From assembly GCF_000497125.1 (NCBI RefSeq), contig NC_090597.1, forward strand, positions 62,001 to 126,000: a DNA stretch of 64,000 nt, given 5' to 3'. Under the pieces are notes generated by a model that saw only the letters and a program-made list of their open reading frames with translations, was not told the origin of the DNA and ran no database searches. Position 1 is the stretch's first letter, and the number at the start of each line of letters is the position of its first letter. Both the position numbers and the translations under genes were made by a program. Source of the stretch: Spironucleus salmonicida (lineage: Eukaryota). Below are positions 30,186-41,690 of the stretch, in pieces.

Positions 30186-31916
30186 GTGAAGAATTTGCAT
30201 GGTCGGGTTACTGATACGTAATATTTGAATAATAAAAATAAATGGTCGATTTTAGCAGTAACTATGGAGAAAATTATAGATTATTGGAGTAGGAGAGATT
30301 TAATTAGGTAAATCGACCTACTGGTAGCTAGTAGAAGCAATTTAGTTAAGGTGGTGGAATCATAATTCAAAGGTATAACAGCGGATACTAGTTCATGATG
30401 ATTTTGGTGGCTCTTATTATATATGTTTAAGTGAATTTTGGTTAGGACTATATGAAAGTGGGATTTAATTAAAGGACCACAACAAGCTGGAAAATTCACA
30501 AAAATTAATGTCTATAGTTTATTAAGTTAAGTACTGTTTAATATCAAAATAAAGCGATTAAACTAGTTAATACTTTAAAACAAATTATTGTTGGTAACAT
30601 CTGAGTTTCACGTACTTTCGGCATGCAACTTGTATATTTAAATATTAAGGTAGCGTCGTAAGTAGTTTATTTTATTAGTTAAATCTAAATATACCTTTTA
30701 CATATAAATTTATTATAAATATCTGTTACTAGTATACCTGTTAATACTTTACATCTGGTACATATTTAAATTTTTCATTATTTTAAATTAAAAGTAATAT
30801 TATATGCATATAATACGTATGAAATGAAACTGTAAACTTAGTGTAATTATATATTGCTTTAGGTAATAAGAAACTTTTATATTATTCTGGTGTAATTAAA
30901 ATATTCTAGAAAAAGTATTGACAATAATTTAAGTTGAAAATGTCAACTTAATTTTTTATCTTCCGTTATGACCATTGATTAGTTTTATTTTATACTGATT
31001 TAAATTGGACTAGTGTTAATCTCTATTATATGATTGTATATTTTTCTTATAACTTATTTCATCTTAGTTTTATAAATATACGAATTTATTTTCAGTATAC
31101 TATAATATATTCAACTTCAACCCTACATATACACTGTTTTCTTACCACTTAAAATATTTATTAATTCTAAAAATAAACCTACTATTTACAGGAATTTCTG
31201 TTTTCCTAATTTTAATTTAATAATTGTAACATCAGTATACTTCATTTTATCTAAAATCGATTTTTTATGAAAATCTATTCTAATATAATATTTTATGATT
31301 TGTTAATAAATCAAAATTAAACTTAAATTTTGTTGCACCAGTTTCCTATCAAAATAGCATATTATAATATATCTATAAAACTACATTTTAACCTATATCA
31401 GGAGCTAAAAATGAATACACATAACTTAAGGAGAATGAAAAGTGATCGTTTAGGTGAAGGCTGTCGTATACCTCTCAGTCCGCATTTAAATTGTATGACT
31501 GAGGAACAGCCTAGACTAATCTAAATGAGCGATATTCGTTTGGCGTAATGCAATTTGTCAATTTCGGATAATTTGAGTTTACCCGAACCTGATTTTGTAG
31601 ATATATAGGCAGTTTTGAATTAAGATTGGTAGTATCAGTGAATTTAATAGTTTGAAGTTGTTTTCGAGTAATGATTTAATTTTAGGAAGAAAAGTACTTT
31701 TATCTCAAATTTGACGTTGGTTAGAAGTGATTTTAATGGTTAAATACATATATAGATCTAGCTGAGATAAAATATTACAACTAATATTTCTAGCTACACA
31801 AAATTAAACTTTTTACTAAAGCATTTATATTAGTTAAAAGTTGAGGAATTACTACTAATATGTATAAAAGTACTAATATAAGATTTTAAGAAATTCGAAC
31901 CTGCGCGAGTCGCTAG

Positions 31917-31954
31917 GCCCGTCGCCCCCGCTCCCCCGATTTTCCCCTTCAAAA
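31917..31954 (+). promoter_or_regulatory. C-rich tract immediately upstream of histone H2A
   Basis: GCCCGTCGCCCCCGCTCCCCCGATTTTCCCCTTCAAAA precedes the ATG; similar shorter C-rich tracts precede PFOR (GCCACTCCCTCACAAAATG), MATE and the acetyltransferase. Confidence 0.5.
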
Positions 31955-32314
31955 ATGGCCATTGACAACAAAGCCAAGTCCAGATCCACCCGTGCCGGTA
32001 TCATCTTCCCCGTCGGTCGTATCCACAGGCATCTCAAGGAGGGCCGCTACGCCGACCGTATCTCCTCCGACGCCCCCGTCTACATGGCCGCCATCCTCGA
32101 GTCCGTCATCGACGAGGTGTTCAAGGAAGCCCTCAACCAGAAGGACAAGAAGTCCACCAAGCGTATCACCCCCAACAACATCGTGAACGCCATCCGCAAG
32201 GACAAGGAGCTCAACGAGATCTTCAAGGACGTCGTCATCCGCGACGGCGGTGTCGCCAGACTCGAGGACGAGAAGAAGCACACCTCCAAGTCCAAGAAGT
32301 CCCAGGACCAGTGA
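31955..32314 (+). CDS. H2A: Histone H2A (119 aa)
   Basis: SRSTRAGIIFPVGRIHRHLKEGRYADRI..APVYMAAILE..RITP....AIRKDKELN; strong C3 codon bias; ends SQDQ-TGA. Confidence 0.97.
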   Translation: MAIDNKAKSRSTRAGIIFPVGRIHRHLKEGRYADRISSDAPVYMAAILESVIDEVFKEALNQKDKKSTKRITPNNIVNAIRKDKELNEIFKDVVIRDGGVARLEDEKKHTSKSKKSQDQ

Positions 32315-32333
32315 TATATTCTTGTTTACCCTG

Positions 32334-32520
32334 TCACTCCCTCTCGCCCAGGTACTCCGCCACCATGCGAATCCCGGCGTCCAGCCGCTGCAGCGCGACG
32401 CGCATCCCGAGCTGGTCCGCCGTTCCCAGCACGTCCTTCTCCATGGACGTGAACCGCTGGGCCAGCTGCAGAATGTCGTGCGCGATGATCGTCACCGGGC
32501 CGATCAGTGTGGCCTACAAG
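32334..32520 (-). pseudogene. 3' fragment of an unknown convergent gene next to H2A
   Basis: GC-rich open frame QATLIGPVTIIAHDILQLAQRFTSMEKDVLGTADQLGMRVALQRLDAGIRMVAEYLGERE ending in GAGTGA; composition switches abruptly to AT-rich at ~32520. Confidence 0.55.
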
Positions 32521-33628
32521 AATATAATATGCTGCCTAACTATACGTATTTTTCCTCAAACTGAAATTTTCCATTATAATAAATAAGTGTTTCATTCTGT
32601 TATTATGTTAATTTTATATGATTAATATGCTTATTACCAAGTAAAGATACTTAATATTTCTGAAGACTAAAATATCCATATATAATATTTATATAATATA
32701 TAATATTACTTATATTGTATGATATTCTTGAATCAGAGATGTCAGGATAAAATTTTAAGAATGTTATTTATATATTATACCATTAGAGATTATAACAGAT
32801 GAGTATTATTCTAATTAGCATTTGGAGAATAAAATTAATTAACTGATGTTTTATTTAGTCCATACTAATTTTAGATGTGTTGGATTTTTTTAAATGGGAA
32901 ATAAATGCTTTTCAAATATATTATGTTAATTGAATGATACTTTATTATGGATATTTCAAAATTATAATTTTTATTTTAGCAACAAAATATTAACTTTTAA
33001 CTATATTATATTTGCTCTACTTTATAAAATAAATAAAACAAACTAAATATATTATTGTAAGCTGTTATAATAATTTGTTGTTTTGAGTACTTATATTTAA
33101 TATAATAATATATATTGCATTCAGACTTTTATCATTCTGTTATAAGCAAAAAATTAAATTTATATAAGTATATTAATTTATTTTTATTTTATCTCATAAT
33201 ATGAATAATTTGATTTAATAATACAAATATAAAAGTTTTTTCGGTTTTACATATTGGTAAATATAATAATTTATTCTTAACATTGATTTAACTTGCTGAA
33301 CATATAATAATTATTGATAAATACAATAAGTGTGATACAAATTAATAACGTAATTTTTCATAATCTTATTAGATACTAGTTATATTTATAATCTAACCTT
33401 TTATTAAATAAAATCATACTATTAAAGCATTTACAAACAACATTTTAAGATTATTATGATGTATTATAAAATTTAATATGTAATATTAAGTCTAGTTTTC
33501 CTCATACCATAAACAAGTATTTAAAACATACATCTATGTATTAATTTATTTTTCTAGAAACAATGAAACGAGTAAAGTTAACTATTTTTTACTAATAAAA
33601 TGTTTTGATAGAAATAATTACACCTAAA

Positions 33629-35391
33629 ATGACAGCTCAATGTAATTCTGATGGAGAAACATCATGCCCAGAAGCGTTTTACTGTCAATCTAGTGCTTCA
33701 GAGTATCCAACTAACTGCATTGCATGTGATGAATCATGTCTTTCATGCTCTGAAGCTGGATCTGATAAATGTTCTTCCTGCGTCGCAGGAAAATTCTAAG
33801 TGGTGAATCATGTGCATCTTGCAATGATAAATGCTCCAAGTGCTCTGATAATGCGACTACTTGTTAAGGATGCTCCAATGGAAATTTCTTAACAGGAACT
33901 AGTTGTGTAGCCTGCAAGTCAGGATAAGCAGTAAAATGAACTTATGGAAGTGCTAATAATTGTTCTACATGTGATACTGCCAATAAAAAATAATGCGCAA
34001 CTTGCATAGGAAATTATGATATTTTTGGATCCTCACCTTGTAGTACTTGCAAATCCGGCTATTTCGAAACTAACAGTAATCCTAAAACATGTACAGCATG
34101 TACCTTTCCTTGTTCTACTTGTGATAGTGCTAGTACCTGCACGTCCTGTGCCAACGGATACATTCTGGGGGGAGGCGCCTGCACCGCCTGTACTCCCTCG
34201 CAAACTGAGGCCTGCACCTGCGGGTCCATGCCGAACTGCACGACCTGCGACTCGGACAGCATGGCCAAGTGTGCCACCTGCGTCAACAATTTTGACCCGG
34301 ATGGCGCCTCCCCGTGCCAGTCGTGCCTGCCGGGATTTTTCAAGTCCGGGTCGGCCGGTAGCGAGACCTGCGTGGCATGCGCGGATAGGAACTGCAAGAC
34401 CTGCTCCGTGAGCAAGGACGCCTGCACGGAATGCAAGGACGGCTATGAGATCACGGATGGCAAATGCGAGAAGAAATGTACGGTGGATGACAATTCCTGC
34501 TCCATGAACCAGGTATGCGACACAATATGCAAGGACTGTACGAGCAACTGCGCTACCTGTGCAGGGATGGTTAGCACCTGTAGAAGCTGCATCGCAGGAT
34601 TCGTCTTGTAGGGCTAAGAGTGCCAAGCGTGCCCTGATGGCTGCGCAAACTGCGCGGATAACAAGGACGTGTGCCAGATCTGCAAAGATAACTTTTTTAT
34701 CAAGGATGGGGCCTGCGCTGCCTGCAAGGATAACACTACCGAGCAATGCCAGTGTAATGTTGCCGTCCACTGCGCGACATGTGATAGCGGCGAAGCCGTA
34801 AAATGTGGCACCTGCGTAGCTGGGTACAAGAAGGCGATGGACGACTCCTGTTCCGTGTGCGTCGAGGGATATATAATGATGAAAGCTATCTGCATAAAAT
34901 GCGAGGCGAAGTGCAAAACCTGTTCTCAGAGTACAGATGTCTGCGATACCTGTGAGGATGGGCACCAGATGACCATCAACCAGACCTGCTAGGCAAATTG
35001 TAGTGAGCTGACCAATGGTAACGCGTGCGTGAATGGAAGTGCGGCCAACTGCGGCGGGCTCGACCAGATCACCGATTGTAAGTGTGGGGCCGCTAGCAAC
35101 TGCGCCTCCTGCGATAGCTAGAACACCAACAAGTGTGGAGCATGCATGGTTGGGTACAAGCTCGAAAACGAAGTATGCTCGACCTGCACAGATGATGCCG
35201 AGCAGGTTGGCTCGTTGTGCTTCATACGTGGCGAGGCGGAATCTAACAAACTCTCAGGTGGTGCTGTTGCCGGCATCGTGATCGCGGTCCTGCTAGTTGT
35301 AGGTATGCTTGTAGGTGGTATTTTCTGGTATATGAAGAAGTCTAAAGCGGCATCTGCGACTGAAGAGCAGTCTGCAGGGATGTAGGAGTGA
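33629..35391 (+). pseudogene. Chimeric/disrupted CRMP, family Z
   Basis: MTAQCNSDGETSCPEAFYC... shifts frame near 33796 and has an in-frame TGA at 33937-33939 at a Cys position; from 34119 the sequence mirrors the intact gene at 36847..38119. Confidence 0.8.
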
Positions 35392-38119
35392 CGAAAGTTT
35401 AATGATGTTGCTAAATATAGGTCGAGAAGGCGATAATGGACGCTCTAGAAGCAGCTGTAAACTTCCAAGACAGACTAAATATAGAAATATTGGGTACTCT
35501 CAGTCTGGAATCCACTTATCGGCATGCTAGATCCCATTTTGGAATCTCACAACATTTCACGACCCTCATTTTTTAGAGTATGACTAGGTGCCCGCTGCGG
35601 AATTTCAGCACGATCCCGATCCATTTTCATTTACTTTCCATTTTTCGTTTTATTCCAACCATTCCCCCTTCCATCCCTCCACCAGGCTTTACAAGATTGC
35701 TATATAGCAGGAAGTCCTGTGTATTTTATTCAAAATCGATGGAGCCCACATCATGCCCTCTAGCCATCAGAACCATATGCCGTGGTCGCATAATACATGC
35801 TGAGCCTATGTAGTCTGCTCACTCCTTATACCAGTTATAAAATATCGTTTAATGCGTTCAATAGCTTGTATGGTACTCGTATATTAAATTGCTCACTATC
35901 CAACCATCATGAACTCAGTTTTCTTAGACTGTGATGTTATACAAATATAAAGTGCCGAAATCAAGACTATAATCCGATGATCGATTCTGTATCCAAAATT
36001 TAGATAGCATCATACAATTCTACATATAGAACGGGCACCCGATTTGGAACATGCAAAACTATATATTCTGATTGGTGCAGCTGCACACAAGTAGTTCTGA
36101 TGATCAATAAAATTAATAGTAATATAAATAATGCCTTCATATTTATTAATATACTTATATATCAAACTACATCATCTTTTCACTTTGGATGTTCGTATGT
36201 TGTCTGGCGAATATTGCATGGTCCAGATTGCTACGTATATAAAGGTGCTCATCCATTATAGAAAATACATGGTATATTCTTTGACTAAATCCCAAGAGGT
36301 TAATAAGAGCAAGTGTCCTATTTATACTACACACGTGGAAAAGTTACAAAGTCCTGGGTGCCGTCAGACGTCGTTACATCAAGCTAAAAATTCGGGAGGC
36401 AGATATGTGTAAGGGGTGAGCAGACTACATAGGCTCAGCATGTATTATGCGACCACGGCATATGGTTCTGATGGCTAGAGGGCATGATGTGGGCTCCATC
36501 GATTTTGAATAAAATACACAGGACTTCCTGCTATATAGCAATCTTGTAAAGCCTGGTGGAGGGATGGAAGGGGGAATGGTTGGAATAAAACGAAAAATGG
36601 AAAGTAAATGAAAATGGATCGGGATCGTGCTGAAATTCCGCAGCGGGCACCTAGTCATACTCTAAAAGATGAGGGTCGTGAAATGTTGTGAGATTCCAAA
36701 ATGGGATCTAGCATGCCGATAAGTGGATTCCAGACTGAGAGTACCCAATATTTCTATATTTAGTCTGTCTTGGAAGTTTACAGCTGCTTCTAGAGCGTCC
36801 ATTATCGCCTTCTCGACCTATATTTAGCAACATCATTAAACTTTCGTCACTCCTACATCCCTGCAGACTGCTCTTCAGTCGCAGATGCCGCTTTAGACTT
36901 CTTCATATACCAGAAAATACCACCTACAAGCATACCTACAACTAGCAGGACCGCGATCACGATGCCGGCAACAGCACCACCTGAGAGTTTGTTAGATTCC
37001 GCCTCGCCACGTATGAAGCACAACGAGCCAACCTGCTCGGCATCATCTGTGCAGGTCGAGCATACTTCGTTTTCGAGCTTGTACCCAACCATGCATGCTC
37101 CACACTTGTTGGTGTTCTAGCTATCGCAGGAGGCGCAGTTGCTAGCGGCCCCACACTTACAATCGGTGATCTGGTCGAGCCCGCCGCAGTTGGCCGCACT
37201 TCCATTCACGCACGCGTTACCATTGGTCAGCTCACTACAATTTGCCTAGCAGGTCTGGTTGATGGTCATCTGGTGCCCATCCTCACAGGTATCGCAGACA
37301 TCTGTACTCTGAGAACAGGTTTTGCACTTCGCCTCGCATTTTATGCAGATAGCTTTCATCATTATATATCCCTCGACGCACACGGAACAGGAGTCGTCCA
37401 TCGCCTTCTTGTACCCAGCTACGCAGGTGCCACATTTTACGGCTTCGCCGCTATCACATGTCGCGCAGTGGACGGCAACATTACACTGGCATTGCTCGGT
37501 AGTGTTATCCTTGCAGGCAGCGCAGGCCCCATCCTTGATAAAAAAGTTATCTTTGCAGATCTGGCACACGTCCTTGTTATCCGCGCAGTTTGCGCAGCCA
37601 TCAGGGCACGCTTGGCACTCTTAGCCCTACAAGACGAATCCTGCGATGCAGCTTCTACAGGTGCTAACCATCCCTGCACAGGTAGCGCAGTTGCTCGTAC
37701 AGTCCTTGCATATTGTGTCGCATACCTGGTTCATGGAGCAGGAATTGTCATCCACCGTACATTTCTTCTCGCATTTGCCATCCGTGATCTCATAGCCGTC
37801 CTTGCATTCCGTGCAGGCGTCCTTGCTCACGGAGCAGGTCTTGCAGTTCCTATCCGCGCATGCCACGCAGGTCTCGCTACCGGCCGACCCGGACTTGAAA
37901 AATCCCGGCAGGCACGACTGGCACGGGGAGGCGCCATCCGGGTCAAAATTGTTGACGCAGGTGGCACACTTGGCCATGCTGTCCGAGTCGCAGGTCGTGC
38001 AGTTCGGCATGGACCCGCAGGTGCAGGCCTCAGTTTGCGAGGGAGTACAGGCGGTGCAGGCGCCTCCCCCCAGAATGTATCCGTTGGCACAGGACGTGCA
38101 GGTACTAGCACTATCACAA
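34119..38119. repeat. Inverted duplication C: arms ~34119..35828 and ~36410..38119, ~580-bp spacer
   Basis: Mirror ORFs sum to 72238 with identical translations; arms include ~440 bp of 3' flank. Confidence 0.93.
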
Positions 38120-38736
38120 ACGCTGCAGTTTGGTTGGCAGGCAGTACATATTTTGGGATTGCCAGAGCTCTCAAAGAAGCCGACCTTGCATTTAGAGCAT
38201 TGTGGGGTAGAGTTCAAATCGAAGCCTCCAAAACAGGCTCCACAAGAATCAATATCACCACCACAAAAGAGACAATTTTTAGCATTATCGCAAACACACG
38301 GAATCGGTTGGTCGCCTGCACAGGTTTGGCAGACCCCTGCAGCCATGATGTTCCCGTTTGCGCAAATGCCACATTTAGTCTATCCTGAATCGCAGGTGGA
38401 GCAGTTTACGGCAGTTCCGCAAGTGCAATTTTTGGTTGCACCCGCGAAGCACATTGTACATTCATTGCCATTAAGAGCATTTCCACTGACACATTCTGAG
38501 CAGTTAGTAGCAGATCCAGAGCACTTAGCACATTTTTCATTACATTTTACGCAAGAGGTGTTGCTTGAAAAGGTGCCATCTGGGCATGTTAAACACTTAT
38601 CTGAATCACCTGCGGAACAGGTGAGGCATGAGTCGTGGCATGGAATGCAGTCCGTTGGAAAATTTGTTGCATCGGCGGGACAGTAAGTTTTCTCAGGGCA
38701 TGAAGTGTCCGCAGCTGCAGCGCATTGGGACGTCAT
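36847..38736 (-). CDS. Cysteine-rich membrane protein (629 aa), family Z, intact
   Basis: MTSQCAAAADTSCPEKTYCP...; ORFs 38380..38736, 37627..38346, 37246..37569 and 36853..37092 share one frame; TM GGAVAGIVIAVLLVVGMLVGGIFWYM-KKSK; TAG GAG TGA. Confidence 0.92.
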
Positions 38737-39943
38737 TTGGAGCGTAATGATTCATGACAATTATTCTGATAAAATAAAATAATAAGTTTTGATGTTTTAT
38801 TGTTTTTTGAAGATAATTGATTTGCGTATTTTTAGTAGTAGATATATATGCGGTAATTTGATTAAAAAAACCTAGAATTATTAAAAATATGATAACAATA
38901 TAAAAGTTATTAATAATAGAAATGATATGTAAAGTGTAATATGATATTAATTTGATATAAATTATTTTGGATTAAAAGTAATAATTTATAATATAAAAAT
39001 GAAGTTTCTAGATAAAACAATATTTATAATAAATAGAAATAGTATTATTATATAATTTTATACAAATATTTTGAGATTAAATGTTAAAAATTAAAGAATA
39101 AATATTATCTGTATCATGAAAATAATAAATATATTCATCTAGATCTATGTGTAATACAAAGATACTAGGGAATCGAATATATATAGTAATGGTATCGATA
39201 GTAAGTAAATACTGCAGGTTATATATATTCAGTTTAGAGTCCATATTAGCAATACTAGTCATTCATTTTCTTGCTAAGATGATTGTATAGCGAAATTAAT
39301 TGTAACAAGATAACAGAAAACGTTGTAATTTAGATAATAATTATGATATATTAATGTATATATAAGTTGAATGAATTCTTTTGGGGAACATAAATTATTA
39401 GAATTCTACAAACTATTTCATAATATCTAGTTTGCTACCACTATGAAATTTCTTACCAATTCTTATTCTTACATTATATTATACGAAAAAATAGTGATTT
39501 AGGTTTAGAAATATGAACATTATCATGAATTATATATGATTTATATGTATTGAGAAGAGAAATTTATTATAATCTATTAATGTTACGAATAAATTTAGAA
39601 CTTAGGGAGATTTTCTGTATTTTTATGTGGATTACTTATCAATCTATTCTAGAAATATAGTCCAAGCCAAATAAATATTTAGATTAACAGCATAAATAAC
39701 TTTTATTAAATTTAAAGAAATGCATTATTGTACATCAAAATCTTTCACTTCTAACAATTAAAAGGAAATTGCTTTAAATTGTTCTAGTATAAATTAGATT
39801 CTGCAATCTTCGATTTATCTAAGTATTTCATAGTTCTTTAGAATAGAGAAGTTAAGTAGTCCTCCTAGTCGCAAATATAATATAATTATTGATTATTCTG
39901 AAGATGTAAAATATATTAATTAATTACTAGTGTATATGAATTA

Positions 39944-40789
39944 TCAGTCAGTTCTCAAGTACGGGACAAGTCTGTTTACAATAAAGTCGTCATTATACTT
40001 GTAGTCTCCATGATGTAATTCTGTCTCTTCAAAGAATACTCTGTTCTGTTCGACCATGGATTTTAACCCGAAAGTATCCTATTTATATTCATCACGTTCG
40101 TGGTAAAGTTAAACTTCTGCATCAGTGCCTGCCTTCCATGTACCAAAGAATGCGCTCTACCATGGGGTAATAACCTCATCTGTAGAACCCCCGAACAACA
40201 CAATTTTGTCAACAGACATGAAGTTTGCCTTTCTTTGCGGATCATAGTCACGGATATTATCGAGTAAGGGGAGGGATCTCGCCTTCTTAGTGTACGATTT
40301 TAATTTGTATGGATTTCTCCAGTATTGAGAAGGACCAAGATTTGACTGGGTAAAGCCTTTGTACTACATGTAGAACATAAATCTTTAGACAAATTTAGGC
40401 AGATACTAACCTTAACACTCAGATTTTACTCCACAAAAGAAACCACCCTGAGGCCCTGAGAGGGAGATAAATCTGACCATTGGGGCCATCTCGTGGTTAT
40501 GCTGCTCTAACAAAGCTCTCATTAGGTAAGCACCTTAGTTGTGACCAACTCCAATATATCCCCTTGATGTAACATTGTGTTTGGTGATGCATTCTGCAAG
40601 AAGATTAACCTATTAGGCCACTTCCATAAAAATAGAGTCCCATTCACCATTTCCGATTTCACAGTTGATTACAGTCGTTTATGGCATCTCTTTTTCTATA
40701 ACTTATTTCATATGGGACATATAGTGGGCAGACGAATCAAACCCGTGAATAAGTACTATTGGATACTACGCTAGGAGGATACCAAGCAT
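39944..40789 (-). CDS. Palmitoyl-protein thioesterase (PPT1/PPT2 family, 281 aa), copy 1
   Basis: MLGILLAQYPIVLIHG; GVGHNQG (see finding); SLSGPQGGFFCG; QYWRNPY; VITPWQSAFFG; HHGDY; TGA at 39944-39946. Confidence 0.88.
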
Positions 40790-41690
40790 TTTCTAAATAG
40801 TAAACTTTGTTATTATGTCAGTGGTATCATATTAATTATTAGTAGAGTATAATATTTATACTTAAACTTAAGACTAGGTACAGTATCTGGATAATATATT
40901 GTAAAGTATGGATAAATTATTTACTTTATTTTGAGAAATATTTTTACAATTTTAACTTTTATCATGAAACTAACGATACATTTACTCAGCATTAGTCTAA
41001 TGAAATTAATAAAATTATATTACTGGCTATATGTTTATTATACTTTACGTTTAAAATTATTTTTGTTAGTATTACCAATGATACATACTCTTCCTGTTAT
41101 CTTATTTTTAAGTTGTGTTCTAATATTGTTAATCGGTAGTCTTTTTATTTTATATGTGTTATTGTTAGAATATATTTATTAAACTAAAGCTTAAAATAAT
41201 AACATTTATGTCATTTTATATATTTACATGTTTGCAGATAATTTAATCACAAAATGGTAAAATCCGGAGTAAATTCAACATATTGTCTTATCTTTTATAT
41301 AACTATTAAGATATAATTTTGAGTAATAAATATAATCACAATTTATATAGAAAATATAATATAGTCGGATACAATATATAAATTGTATAATTTGCATAAT
41401 TCTTAAATGTATACTACTAGCGTCAGAATTATAAAACTATTGTCATTTTATTTCACTTGTAAAACAATTAAAAAAAACATTTAATTTCGGAAAGAGATAT
41501 CTTATAGTTAGTAATAATGTTAATAGAATTTTATCACATTCCGGCCAATAAAATACATTAATTGTAGATTCTGATATATAACATTTATTTTTAATAATAT
41601 ATGCTGCTATTATATTCATTGTGATGCACTAACTATTTTATTACGCCAGATTTGAAGGATATATTTAGAAATTATTAGTTAATCATGATA
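40749..41690. repeat. Inverted duplication E (partner ~59985..60926): PPT upstream region plus first ~14 codons
   Basis: Spurious ORFs 40931..41182 and 60493..60744 are identical (sum 101675); near-identity stops ~40 nt into the PPT CDS. Confidence 0.9.

Noticed and set aside
35392-36846. ORFs in the family Z 3' flank and hairpin spacer (35580..35813, 36131..36412, 36425..36658)
   Set aside because: No recognisable domains, and the frames I read hit TGA early; may be a decayed gene but cannot be supported.
40931-41182. 83-aa hydrophobic ORF duplicated at 60493..60744
   Set aside because: TTG start, AT-rich low-complexity sequence in the PPT upstream region; identity is explained by the duplication.
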